Shown in pieces: positions 28,201 through 40,663 of a DNA stretch of 64,000 nt; the stretch's first letter is position 1; each line of letters opens with the position of its first letter. The notes beneath the pieces were generated by a model. That model was not told the DNA's origin. It searched no databases and worked only from the letters and a program-made list of their open reading frames with translations. Both the position numbers and the translations under genes were made by a program. This stretch comes from Podarcis pityusensis (lineage: Eukaryota): assembly GCA_964106645.2 (NCBI GenBank), contig OZ067042.1; one strand, given 5' to 3'.

Positions 28201-31200
28201 CTGCAAGCTCCCTGGAATTAGTTACAGTTTCACAGTCTCCCTCTAGGGGGAAAACTTCTATTTGTTCTTTCTTTTAAGGACAAATTTAGCAACAAAGTCT
28301 CTTTTTTAAGATATTTTGTCAATATTTATTCCTTTAAAATGTGAAAGGAAACAGTGGAATCACTATGTTACTCTTCTTTTAGCTATCTGTCAAAAGCATT
28401 TGTCTCTGGTCAATGAGCTTCAAACATCAGTCCTGACACCCCGCTCCAGGATCAGGACGGTGGAAAGTTACTTTACTTTAAACCCACTTCTGCAGGTTTA
28501 AACAGTCCAAAAAAGATCCCCCTTCTTCTCCTGCTACCGAAGGGGGGGGGTTCAACAATTTTAAATGATGAAAGCCAATCCTTTAGAAGAGATTTTCTGA
28601 GCTCTAGTTTACGTTGTCTTTGCTTTATTCTGTTTACAAAGAAACGGAAGGCTGACTTCCTGTTTAGACCTTCCCGTTTCAGTACCAAATTGAAGTAAAT
28701 TTTTAAGTCCAATTCCTTTCTACTTGCCAGTCCTTATTTAAAGTCCAATTGTTCAAAGTTTAAGTACTCACGGGTGATTATTTTAGATGCCAAATTGTCC
28801 CAGGAAAAAGGCAGCGCTCTCCGGCAACGGCTATGCGGCTTCGCTCCACGGAAAAAGCAGTTGACTCACAGCACCGCGCCACTTCCCCCTCTTCGCTTCG
28901 GAGCCCGTTAATGGGTTCCTTTGCGGGTTGGGGGGCGCCAAGGGTGCCCGCCGAGTCCCATGGTCACAGGCTTCATCCGCCTGTGATTTCTAAAAGGGTC
29001 CCCGCTTCGCCGTAGCGGAAAAGACCCGTTTCGCGCGGAGCTGGTCCCGCCAGTTCAGAGGGAGTCCGCCATTGCCGATGGCGCCACCCCGGAAGTCGGG
29101 CCACATCTGCATTTTAAACAGAAGATGCACCCGCTTTTTCACAGCTTTGAATTGTTCCAGTCTGACTACTGAGGTTGGTTAAAATATAAGGATAATTGCA
29201 AATGTAGAGGCTTTTTGTTGGAAACATCTATGACCCTGTGTCTGAACCATATGAGGTTTTTGGTTTGTTTTTTCTTCTAGCTTAACCTAGATTTTAAAAA
29301 ATCTCTATAGGGTGATATTCAACATTAGCCCTACTCAAGCCACCCCATTGAAGTTAATGGACATGACTTAGGTTCATTAATTTCAATGTGTCTACTCTGA
29401 GTAGGACTTGGTTGATTACCACCCTAAAATGTTATTAAATCTAGTGATTTACAGCACTAGAAGACATAATTTGGAGCCACTAGCAAATTATGTCTTCTAG
29501 TGCTGTAAATCACTAGAAGACACAATTTGGAGCCACTAGCAAAAGAATCATTAATATTGTATACGTATAAGAATATAATACATATAAACCATAAAACACA
29601 TTTACATTTCATGACAGCCACATTAGAACTCAATATTCATTTAATATTCAGATCTGTCAGAGAAATTCTGTTTAATTTTACATCTTGCAGGGCAATTTTT
29701 GTTTCCTTTTGAATATTTCCAGGTGACTCCTTTTGGAATTTCTCTCAGTTTTCTGTCTTCCTTCTCTGGACTTGTGGACTACATGCATATGACTTCTACA
29801 AAAACAAGAAACTACTCACCAGGTCAGACGGTAAGTGATTTTATAGCAAGGCTTAAATTGTGTTAAGGTGGTGCTGCAGGACTTGGTTAAGATATGAATT
29901 GAACAAGTGCATCTCTCTATGGTTTCGCCATAGTCATGGAGGCTAGAATGTTTAAGAGAAGTAAAGTACCATTCTCAGCACATTCCCTATTTTTCCTACA
30001 AACTTAACATCTCACCCCCCCTTTTGTGTTTTCCCCTCCAGGTGAAAGCATGCATTCTCTTCAACAATCCTACCTCCAAGGCAATACGCCTATCTCTGCG
30101 CCCAGTTTTCCTCCAGCCTGGCACTCAACTTGGCAAGCTGTCTAGTGATCAGATTGGCAGGGTAGTTCCAGACTCCACAGTTGAGACCTTTCTCAAAAAG
30201 ACTGGTGCCATCTTCAAGCTGGATGGTGGCTGCCTAGCTTTTGCACATGTAAGTAACTCGATGCTGATTGCACCTTGTAGGAAGGTAGACCCTTTCAACC
30301 ATCATGGCTGATGTTTGGAGAGCAGTACATCAGCATTTTGCCCGTTACCGATTCAATACATAGATGTGTCTTGGCATCTGTTTGTGAATGTGTTATATGA
30401 TGTCTTAATTTGTCCTGGAGAAGAGCCCAGAGTCTGAAGGTAGCAAAGAGCTTTTCTAGATTCCTTTGTTGTTTGCTCACCCTTGTTAGATGCAATCATA
30501 ACCTCTGTTGTCACATTGTAATTCATATTGGAAGGTAGAATCAGATAGATGCAGAAACTAGGCTTTGCTTTGCTTTCTGGATTACAGCAGGGTTAATCTT
30601 AAACTAGAAAACTGTCCGGATTTATAATTTAATCTTCATTTTCTGCACTACCTTTATACCTCTTTCAGATAAAACATCTTTCAGATACTGCCAAATCTTT
30701 CAAACCTGCAGCATTCAAGCCTGGAAGCAAACATAAATGCCGAATTATTGAGTACAGCCCAATGGATGATGTGGTGGTGGTGTCTCTCAAACAGTAAGCT
30801 TTAGAGTGCAATTTGAGTGAACCAATCTGTGACGTGTCTTTATATACTCATGTTTCAAGCATATCTCCATGTCTTAAATTCTATGCATAGATGGAACTTC
30901 CTTATGCCTAACAGATAATCAATACATTTCAGTTGGGTCATAAGTCCCATTGCTTTCAGAACAACTGAGATGGCTACATTATGCACACCTGTGCAGTGGA
31001 TTGCATTTGCACATTTTAAAAATTGGTTCCATAGGTATCCAAACTTTCTGCCTTCAGGTGATGTTTTGCTACTTAAGTTACAAATGAAATTCTGTTGAGG
31101 TCCTTTCTAGCATCTGATGAATTTCTGTCCAGGCACAGCCATTAACCCACCCCATGTACACCAAGGCTAGATCATGGCACACAATGTGAATGATATTTAG

Positions 31201-34200
31201 CCCAATGATACCCTACCTCATTTAGATCATATATACCAAGTTTCATACTGACAGCACAGATATAAAAAGAGCCAGTATGGTATACAGTGGCAGGACAGGA
31301 ACGTAGGAGACCAGGGTTCATATCTCCACTTGGCCATGAAGCTCACTTGGTGACCTGTTTAGAAGGGCAGGAGGAAGAATTGGAGGTGGGGGAGAATCAG
31401 TTCTCTTTACTCTTTCATCTGTTTCTCTTCCACCACACAGATCAATTTTCACTTCCCTTCTTTTTGTTTGCAGACACATTATTGAGGCTCCATTCCTGAG
31501 ATACCATGATATTCATCCTGGACAGGTGGTGGAAGTAAGTTCAAGGAGAGAAAAAAATGTCCTTGGAATCTTGTTTATCTTGCTGAACAAACCTGAGGCG
31601 AGGGCTTTGGTCCAATTTTGTCCTTGTGTGCTAATCTGTGTGCTTAATGCATCTTTGAACCTAAATCCTGCTGTGTGACATTAATGGAACACTATTAATT
31701 TCACTGTAGCCTAGCAAAGCCGTTGCATTAGTTGTACAGAAATCAGTCTGGTTTCTGCTACATTTCACAAAGTTACGTGCAGTGGATTTGCCTATCTTTT
31801 AGTCTGTGTAATCATGCTTTGTTTAGATACTTATATGCTGATTTTTAGGCAAACCTTGCCAGGCAGTCTAGATCAAAAGATTTAAATAATGAGCATCAAT
31901 TAAACTGTATGATAAAACAATAAACATGAGCTTCAAGGGGAAATGTAATTATTGAAAGCTAGATCTCTCTTCCCTTCAAAATGGTTCTTAAGTAACACTG
32001 TAGTAGCAGCTGAGGTGAGAGGGACGCTTAGGGGCTGGGGTAGCCAATGTGATGCCCTCCAGATGGCTGCCCAATTTATATCCCAACCTTCCCCCCAAAT
32101 GAGTTGTTGGACTGCAGCTCCCATCACCTCTGACTGTTTGTCACGCTGGCTGAGGCTGATGGGAGTTGGAGTCAAACATTTGGAATGCCCCACATTCACT
32201 ACCTCAAAGTTAGATGGAGGGCATCTCCTCTTTCTGTACTAGTTTTTCTTGCTTTCTGATCCCTCGTTCTTTTGGACTTTAGGGCACGGTGTTAGCTCTG
32301 AAGCCCTTTGGCATGCAAGTAAAGGTGACTGAGCACATCAAGGGCCTGGTTCCCCAACTGCATCTGGCAGATGTGCTTCTGAAACAGCCAGAGAAGAAAT
32401 ACAGTGTGGGAAGCACTGTCCGGTGTCGGGTAAGAACTCTCTGTAAGGGACCGCTTTGCCCTGATTTATCGATTTCTCTAGCAAGGAGAGACCAAGGGGG
32501 CTTTCTCCATGCAATAATCTGCCTTTATAATGAGAGCTGCTGTGGTTCTGTGGGTAACATTAGGTTGGATGTGCAAAACCTAGGTTCAGAATCCCTCTCA
32601 GCCATTGTGTTTACTGTGTAATCCTTGGATTAGTTACTATCTCTCAATCTAGTTTATTCAGAGTTGTAGTGAATCTAAAATGGGGACAATGACATGTGTT
32701 CTTAATTTCTAATATTTCTATTTTACCTACTCAGAAGTCAGGCTCGCTGAGTTCTGTGGGACTTGCTGGCAGGTGTGTAGGATTACAGCCCCACAGGATG
32801 AGATGTAGACAGTGTTTCCGTCTAGGCAGGAGTTTGCGGCAGAATTCTGGGGCCCCACTCAGCAAAATGAGCAGGAGAGCCCCCCAATTCAGTTAAGCTG
32901 GCTTGCTACGTATTTAACAAAGTGAAGTAATAAACATTACCAATTAAAGAGAGGATCCCACAGTAGGACCTTTAAGAGTCTAAAATTACAATCCTTTCTT
33001 CCTTTGCACTGACTTCAGCACTGACGTCCTTGACTTTAGCACAGACTGCAAGCCCTGCTTTTGGTAGGCAACTTCTGAGTGCAACTTCTTCCAGCAGGGC
33101 TTGAAGTCTGCACCAATCAGATGATTGCTGCTAACTTTAGAAGGGATTGGCTCCACTTGGTATTTTAAAGGTGCTGAATGCAAGCCCTGCTTGCCTCGGA
33201 ACAGCTGAGAGCACACTTTAAGGCTCTGAATTGCTCCTTTACAAATATGTCTTTACCCTTCCCACATCTGATATCATCTGACATCAAGTGTTGGGCAGGT
33301 GGGTGTGCCTTGGGAAAATGACATTGTCAGCCACATTAGGACCCATGTAGTGGCCTATTTAGCTTGCAGATCAGAGATTCCCCATGCCTATTTTGAATAG
33401 TTAAAGAAGTGTTATTCAGGTCCTGTTACAGGATGAGCTCTGTCTCTGACAGCTACCTCCTAACCTTTTGTAGCCCTTATTTTTCTAAGCTGTATTAGGA
33501 CTGATCCCATGAGTTCCAAGCTGACATTTTGGACGTTCCTTCATTTTGGTTCAATTGTAGTTTCCTGCCAGTTGGCATACATAATTCCAGTTTCTTCTTC
33601 TCCTCCAGGTGCTTTCCTGCAATCCTGAAGCAAGGAAACTCGCTCTGACGCTTAAGAGAACACTTGTCAATTCCCAACTCCCTGCCCTTTCCAGTTACGA
33701 AGATGCAAAGCCAGGCTTGATCACCCATGGTTTTGTTGCCTGTGCTAGGGAGTTTGGCTGCATTGTGAAATTCTACAACGACATAAAGGGCCTTGTCCCC
33801 AAAAATGAGCTCGGCGGGGCACCTTCAATTGTTCCTCAAGAAACATTTTATGCAGGCCAGGTAAAAGCTGGGTAAAAGTAAAAAAGTCTGATTGTCCTTG
33901 ATATAATTTTTTTAGTTAATAGCTGTACACATTTGCATAACAGATTTGCATAACATCTTTAATGCACATACATTTGTTTAGTGATAGAAGATGAATGGCA
34001 GATTATTGTTACTGAATTCGCAGGACCCTTGATATGCTTATGTAGTAGGACATAGCAGTAGTCTCTCTTCCTCTCTTGAAAAACATTTAAATAAAAGTTT
34101 TTGAACTACTAGTAAAATGACTTACATTTGTTACTTTAACACAGAGAGATGCATAAAGCCAGTGGAAAGTTACAGAACTTCCATGTTTTATCCAGCTAAA

Positions 34201-37200
34201 GTGGAGGGAAATGGGTTAGGACCCAGATAGGATGCAGTAGAGGGATATCTGGGGACACATTCAGGTGGTCCTGTTTTTGAAGTGAGAGTGAACATGCCTG
34301 CAATATGAAGATTCTTTTGTTTTGCCAATCAGGTGGTCAAAGTGATTGTCTTAAAATGTGAGCCTGAGCAGGAGAGACTGCTGCTGTCATTCAAGCTGAC
34401 AAATGAAGCACAAGCTGAGGATGGTGGAGAAAAAAAGACTTCAAAGAAGCGAGAAGTAACATACGAAACCGGACGGGTAATTTATTCTAAAAGATGTCCC
34501 TTCCCTTTCCCTGTTGACATTCCCCTGAGGATGCTAGGAGCAAAGACAGGAATTTATGATATTTCTAACTTGGGTTTTATTTCATACAAAATGATCAGAT
34601 TATCAGATCATATATCTTAAGAAGGACTGTGCTATGGGGTCCCAATTATAGTACTACTTCATGCAAACATGGAGCATTTCTGTTGGATTTAAACCATTTA
34701 TTCTAACTTGAAGTGTTCTGCACATCAGAATAAATGCTTGATCTGGTTGGTCTAGATTTAAATTTAAACATAAATTATTATCTTCACTTTGAACTCCCCT
34801 CCCGTGTTCATCAGTATACCAACACTTTATATTGTTTCATTGATAATCTAAGTAAAAATGACTATTGCACTTACTTAATCTAAGCACAACCAGAAGGGCA
34901 GCTGATTAGGCATTTAGCGATGCGATGATGAATGTTATCTGTCAACTATATTCTATCCTGTTCCCCACCTCCTTTTAAAAAAGAAATTCACAAACCAAGA
35001 ACTTATACAATGACCATTAATAATGAACTATTTGTTGTAGATATTGCTGCAGATTTATTATGCTATTTTTGTTATATTCAAATAAGAACTGGTTTATTTA
35101 TTTATATTGATTATTATTTCTATGATCCTTGTTTATAAAACCCAATAAAAAGTTATTACAAAAAATAAAAAATGCTCCTAGACTTTAACTTTGATTGTTG
35201 AGATTATTTCTTTCTTTTATCTTTTAAGTTGCTTGCATTTTGAGAAACCTTGTTATCCTGGGAATATTGCATTTTAGGTGGTGGTCTTCCACGTATTAAA
35301 AAAGTGTTGCCTTTTTTCTCTTGCTCAGATTGTTGATGTAAAAATTCTGAGGAAAAAAGAAGATGGCCTTGAAGTTACAATCTTGCCGGACAATGTTTTT
35401 GCCTACCTTTCCACAAATCATCTCTCTGACTATGTGTCTAATAGCAAGTTGTGGTGGTCCTGCCTTAAAGCAGATGATATTCTCCACAGAGTGTTATGCC
35501 TCCATGACAAGGGAGGTCATGTTGTATCCTTGTAAAGTCCAGCCAAGCTTGGTGAAATCATTTAGCCATTTTATGTTGTACAACAGCATTAACTTGCATT
35601 GCATTGCATTGCATATATTGTCTCTCAGACAAGTGACCTTCAAAGATTCTGTGTCAGTTTTACCTCTCTGTGTCTATGCAGTCTGAAGGAAAGAAATTGT
35701 CTTAGAAGATTTTTTAGATGGAGGGAGAGTAGAAGTGAGCAAAGGTTTTTGTAGCCTTTAGTATCTTCACCACCTTGGTTTTTGGATGAAGCAATTATTC
35801 CCTTTGCTTTCTTCAGTTTTTTTTTTTTTTTTAAATGGCTGCCTGCGAATTGGGATCCCGTGGAATCTTGTTGCTGACAGAACGTTTTATTCCCCCCCCC
35901 CCTGCAGAATCTGAATGGAATCAGGAGGTTGGTTGCAACATGATCTTACTTTTTGGCACTATTATGTCCTACATCCCCTGTGTTATAACAGTCTGCCTAC
36001 CTCCCCCTTTATGTTGATAGGCTTTGGTGAAATGCTTGTTTTGTGGCTGCCAAATAAAACCAAACTACCAGTACGCTTCTTCTCCCCAATTTTATTCCTT
36101 GACCCATTGTTTAGACCCTGAGCAGAAAGCCATCGGTTATTTCAGCAATTGAGGAGGAACGGGTGGTGAAGAGCTTTTCAGACATCCAGCCTGGATTGCT
36201 GCTGACTGGCTTTGTGAGAAACGTCATGCCTTATGGTGTGTTTGTGGAGTTTCCATATGGTCTGACAGGGCTGGCACCCAAGTCGGTAAGGCATGTTGCA
36301 TTGTCCCTACTAAAATAGGTTTATTCGCAGATGTTGAGGAAGGGGTGCTTTCTAGTTGAAATAATCTCTTAGGCTGCACTACTCAAGGATAAAAGTTCCT
36401 GATGAGATGAGTTCTCTAGATGGATTTGGAAGTAAGGGCACAAAATAATACATAGGAATTTCCTGCTTGCAAGTGGTGTGAGAGAAGCTGTTTCCTAGTG
36501 GTATGTTTTGAAATGCAGGCACTCAAGATGGCCCCCATCCATAGGCAAAGGTAAAGGACCCCTTGGATGGTTAAGTCCAGTCAAAGGTGACTATGGGGTA
36601 CAGCGCTCATCTCGCTTCAGGCCGAGGGAGCCTGCATTGCTCCGCACACAGCTTTCCGGGTCATGTGACCAGCATGACTAAACCGCTTCTGGCACAACCA
36701 TCCATAGCCATGCCCCCAAAGAGCATTCAAGCACTTGTGCTGATCCATATATACACTTGTCGCATTCCCCAAAGAGCAGTAGTACATGGCACAGTTCCCA
36801 ATTTATTAGCATCAGCTGACTGTCAAAGAATAGAGGTTTATAGAACAAATTCGACTTTTAAAACACATTGAACGTTATCCAAAGATCTTCAGCTAGCTGA
36901 AAATGCAACCTTTGGTCTTTACTTAGAAAGGCAAACAATCTAGCGATGAAATGTTAATTAGACTGCTAGCATGAGTAGCTAATAGAGCTGTCTCTAACTC
37001 AGCCTAGGTAAAAGGTTTCTTGTCTGGAACTGTTTTGATTGCATTCCTTCCTTTCTGGAAGTCTTGAGGCTGGTGGTGTTGATAGCTCTCTTGCAAAGGC
37101 ACTCTTAAGGAACAGTATTAATTGGTTCTTATCTCCTAATTGCTATAGGCAATGAGTGACAAGTTTGTGACAGACACCAAAGACCATTATGTGGTAGGTC

Positions 37201-40200
37201 AGACTGTAGTTGCCAAAGTGACCAGCATTGACGAGGAGAAGCAACGCATCCTGCTGTCCCTGAAGGTGTCTGAGTGCTCCTCCGAGGATTCTGTTTCTGA
37301 GAGTTTCTGTTTGCTGCACAAATACTTCAAGGAGCTGCAGGAGATCAAGAGTATCACGAGTGGAAGAGGTAAAGGCTGTCATGTTGATAAAAGATGGCCC
37401 ATGGAAACCTTGTGTTGGCCACATACACACAGTGGATGCATGTGAGCGTCCTGGTTTTGGGGAACAGGCTTGGAGCACCTTTTCTCAACATTTTGTCTGA
37501 ATTCAGGAGGCCTAGGAACTTTTCAAACTTTTATTTAAAGAGAGGTTCAAAGATTCAGTTTCAGGTAAAACATCTAGTCACTTGGGGTGGTTTTCTGCTA
37601 TATGTGATTGCCAAGTGGGTTTTGCTTAACTTGCAGTTGGAGAAAGATTACATTTCTTTGACTGGCACTTTATTTCTGGGTGACTGGCTCATTTGCTATG
37701 AGCTTAAAAGACCCCATTTTCCCCTTCCATTTTCATATTGACTTAAAGATACAGTAAGAAAGTTACTTTCAGGCACCAGAGCATAATTCCTCAAAATAAG
37801 GGAATCCACTCATTTTTAATAGTTAATCCTTCTTATACTTACTCTGACTTTCTATAGTTCAGCGATGAAACATCAAGCTGCAAATGGGACTTAGTTCTTT
37901 CTTTATCCTCAGATGATGTTGGTGTGATAGTTCAGCGATGAAACATCAAGCTGCAAATGGGACTTAGTTCTTTCTTTATCCTCAGATGATGTTGGTGTGG
38001 TTCAAAAAGTCTGTGAATTAAAACCTGGGCAGAGGCTGATGCTAACGGCTCGCAAAGTCAACACTGATGGTTCAGCACTATTTGATAGCACCTCTGTTTC
38101 TGGCTTAACTATAATGGCTACTCATAGTCACCTTGGAGGTAGGACATACTTTGTGGTCTTTCCCCCCTTGTCTACTTTGTCCTGATATACTATATTTTGC
38201 TCTTTGGGTTGGAAACAAATAATTGATTGCAAAAAGTGGAGTCTTTTTGAACAGTCTGAGCAGCAGAAGTGTGTCTGAGACCTGAGTGAATTCTTGGTTT
38301 TTCTCCTGACTCAGCTATCAGTGATGTAATGTAAATAAATAAATAGTGTCTCTTACTGAAATACTGAAATGCAGTTGCTTCATTTTGCCCCAGTTATATC
38401 AAGCAATAATCTTATGGTGCATGTTTGTTTGTTTTTAAAGGCAAAAACATTGCCCAGGGTGAAAAAACAAGAGCTGTGGTTCTCTGCATTGATTCCCTAG
38501 AATCAAAGGTCTATGTGTCGCTTAGAGAGGAGTTGCTGTCCCCCAAGCCTAAGAAGGTATGATTAGCCTGAATTGGCTTTTATGCTGGATACTAACCTGT
38601 GTAGCTGGTTAATAACAGAGTCATAGAAGAGAGGTTCATAGAATACCATAGAAATGAGCAACATATGAAGAGATTTCAATGGAATAACTAAGCCAGGGGT
38701 GGTTGACCCACCCGCCAGAGAGCTGTTTTTGCTTCCTAGTCAAATTTTTCTGCCTCCAGCAGCAGCAAAGAGAAAGTCAAAGTAGACACAGTGTGGGGAG
38801 GAGAGATATCGGTATGTCTGTACAAGAGTGATGTATAGCCTTGATTACCACTTGCATATGACCCCTGGAGGACTGGGCAAAGGTGAATACAGTCCTTGGG
38901 ACCAAAACAATTGGTTAGCTTATATTCAAATGTCAGGGGGCCATAATGAGGAGGAGGAAGCAGCTTTCCCTTCCTGTGTCCTAGAAGGAATAACTGGGTT
39001 TAAGCTGCAACTTCTTCAATATTATTTGATCCTTAGGAAAAATTGATCACCTGTTAGGCACACATCTGAGAAAACCCCAGGGAGTGTTGGCGTTTTCTGC
39101 TTTTGCCTAGGAATTCAGCTGGGGCCTAAAAACGAAAAAATGTTGTGTCCTGAGAATTTCCTGGAAATTCCCTGGAAAGTGCATTGCTGGAGTTTTTCTG
39201 ATGAGGGTAAAACATCTGTCAGGAATGCTTTTAAATAATCGATTTAAGCCTTGGGCCAAAATGGCTGCTGAAGTCTGTACCAGGTTTTGTGTGTGTGTGT
39301 GAGTGAGTGACTTTCTCTGGATGTTATTTCTGTGTTTTCCAGTTAAAACAGAACTCTCAGCACCAAGCCATCGTGCAGCATGTGGCTACAGAGCATGCAG
39401 TTGTTTCACTGGTAGGAAATGGTCAGCTGGTTGCCATACCTGTGGCTTCCCACTTCAATGACACTTTCCGCTTTGATTCTGAAAAACTGAAAGTGGGACA
39501 GTCGGTCCTAGTGGTTCTGAAAACTCTCCAGCCAGGTGACTGTGGGCTCTTACTTGCTGTTCAAGATCAGAAGAAGAGAAAGGCTGTAATCAGGTCACGG
39601 CGTGAATCTGAAACACTTGGGGAAACTTCGGCCATTGTGAATCACTCGCTGTGCTTGGGAGATGTGGTCAAAGGAACTGTCAAGTCAATCAAGCCTACTC
39701 ATGTCCTAGTGGCAATTAATGATCAGCTGATCGGCTCCATTCATGCATCCCAAATCCTGGATAAAGTTTCCATAGGCACCTTTCCAACATCAGTGCTAAG
39801 AGTTGGACAGCAGTTGACTGCTCGGGTGATTGGGGGCAAAGACATTAAAAATCACAGGTAAGATCCCCCCAAGCTTCTGAGTGCCTTTTCTGAGTTTTAG
39901 CCAATTATCAAATTTTAGTTCAATGTTCTAGCAGGCACAGAACTTTCCAGATCTGTGTCCTAAGTGCAAGTGTTGTCCTCATGCATTTATTGCCCTGTTA
40001 CTAATTTTCAGTCCAATTAAAGCATAGTCACTTGGCTCTCTTCCTACCTGGATATAGACCCATTTCCATCTACAGCTGACGAGGAGGCAACTTGCAATTC
40101 TCTGTTGGAGAGAGGTTACCCAGAGTGGCTTTTCTCCTCCCACTCACTCTAGAAGCAGGACTTAGGCAAATTAAGGAAACACTCACTTTTGTGTGGAAAA

Positions 40201-40619
40201 GACTCCTTCCAGTTTTAGTCCTGCATGCTCAGAGAGTGATTATTTCCCCCACTAGAGCAGATAAAGAGGGAACTTTGAAAAACTATCAAATGCTGAAGGG
40301 CCACTTACAACTGGAGTAAGGATGATGTGCTAATCTGCTCTTAATTTTTAGGTATTTGCCCATCACCCATCCCCATTTTACCCGTACCTGCCCAGAGCTC
40401 AGCATCCGACCAAGGTAAGATAGCCTTTAGATACTTTGTTTGATGAGGTTTTACAACATGTTAAATGCTAACAGATACACCTATCCAAGCGTCTCCTGGT
40501 CTGAATGTTAGTCAGTGACAGAGTAGGGGTTCTCTACATAAAATTCTGCATCTTGGAACATATTGCACAAATATGTTAGACACAAGTGACAATTTGCTTA
40601 ATTGTAATGATTCTGGCAT

Positions 40620-40663
<44 letters not shown>

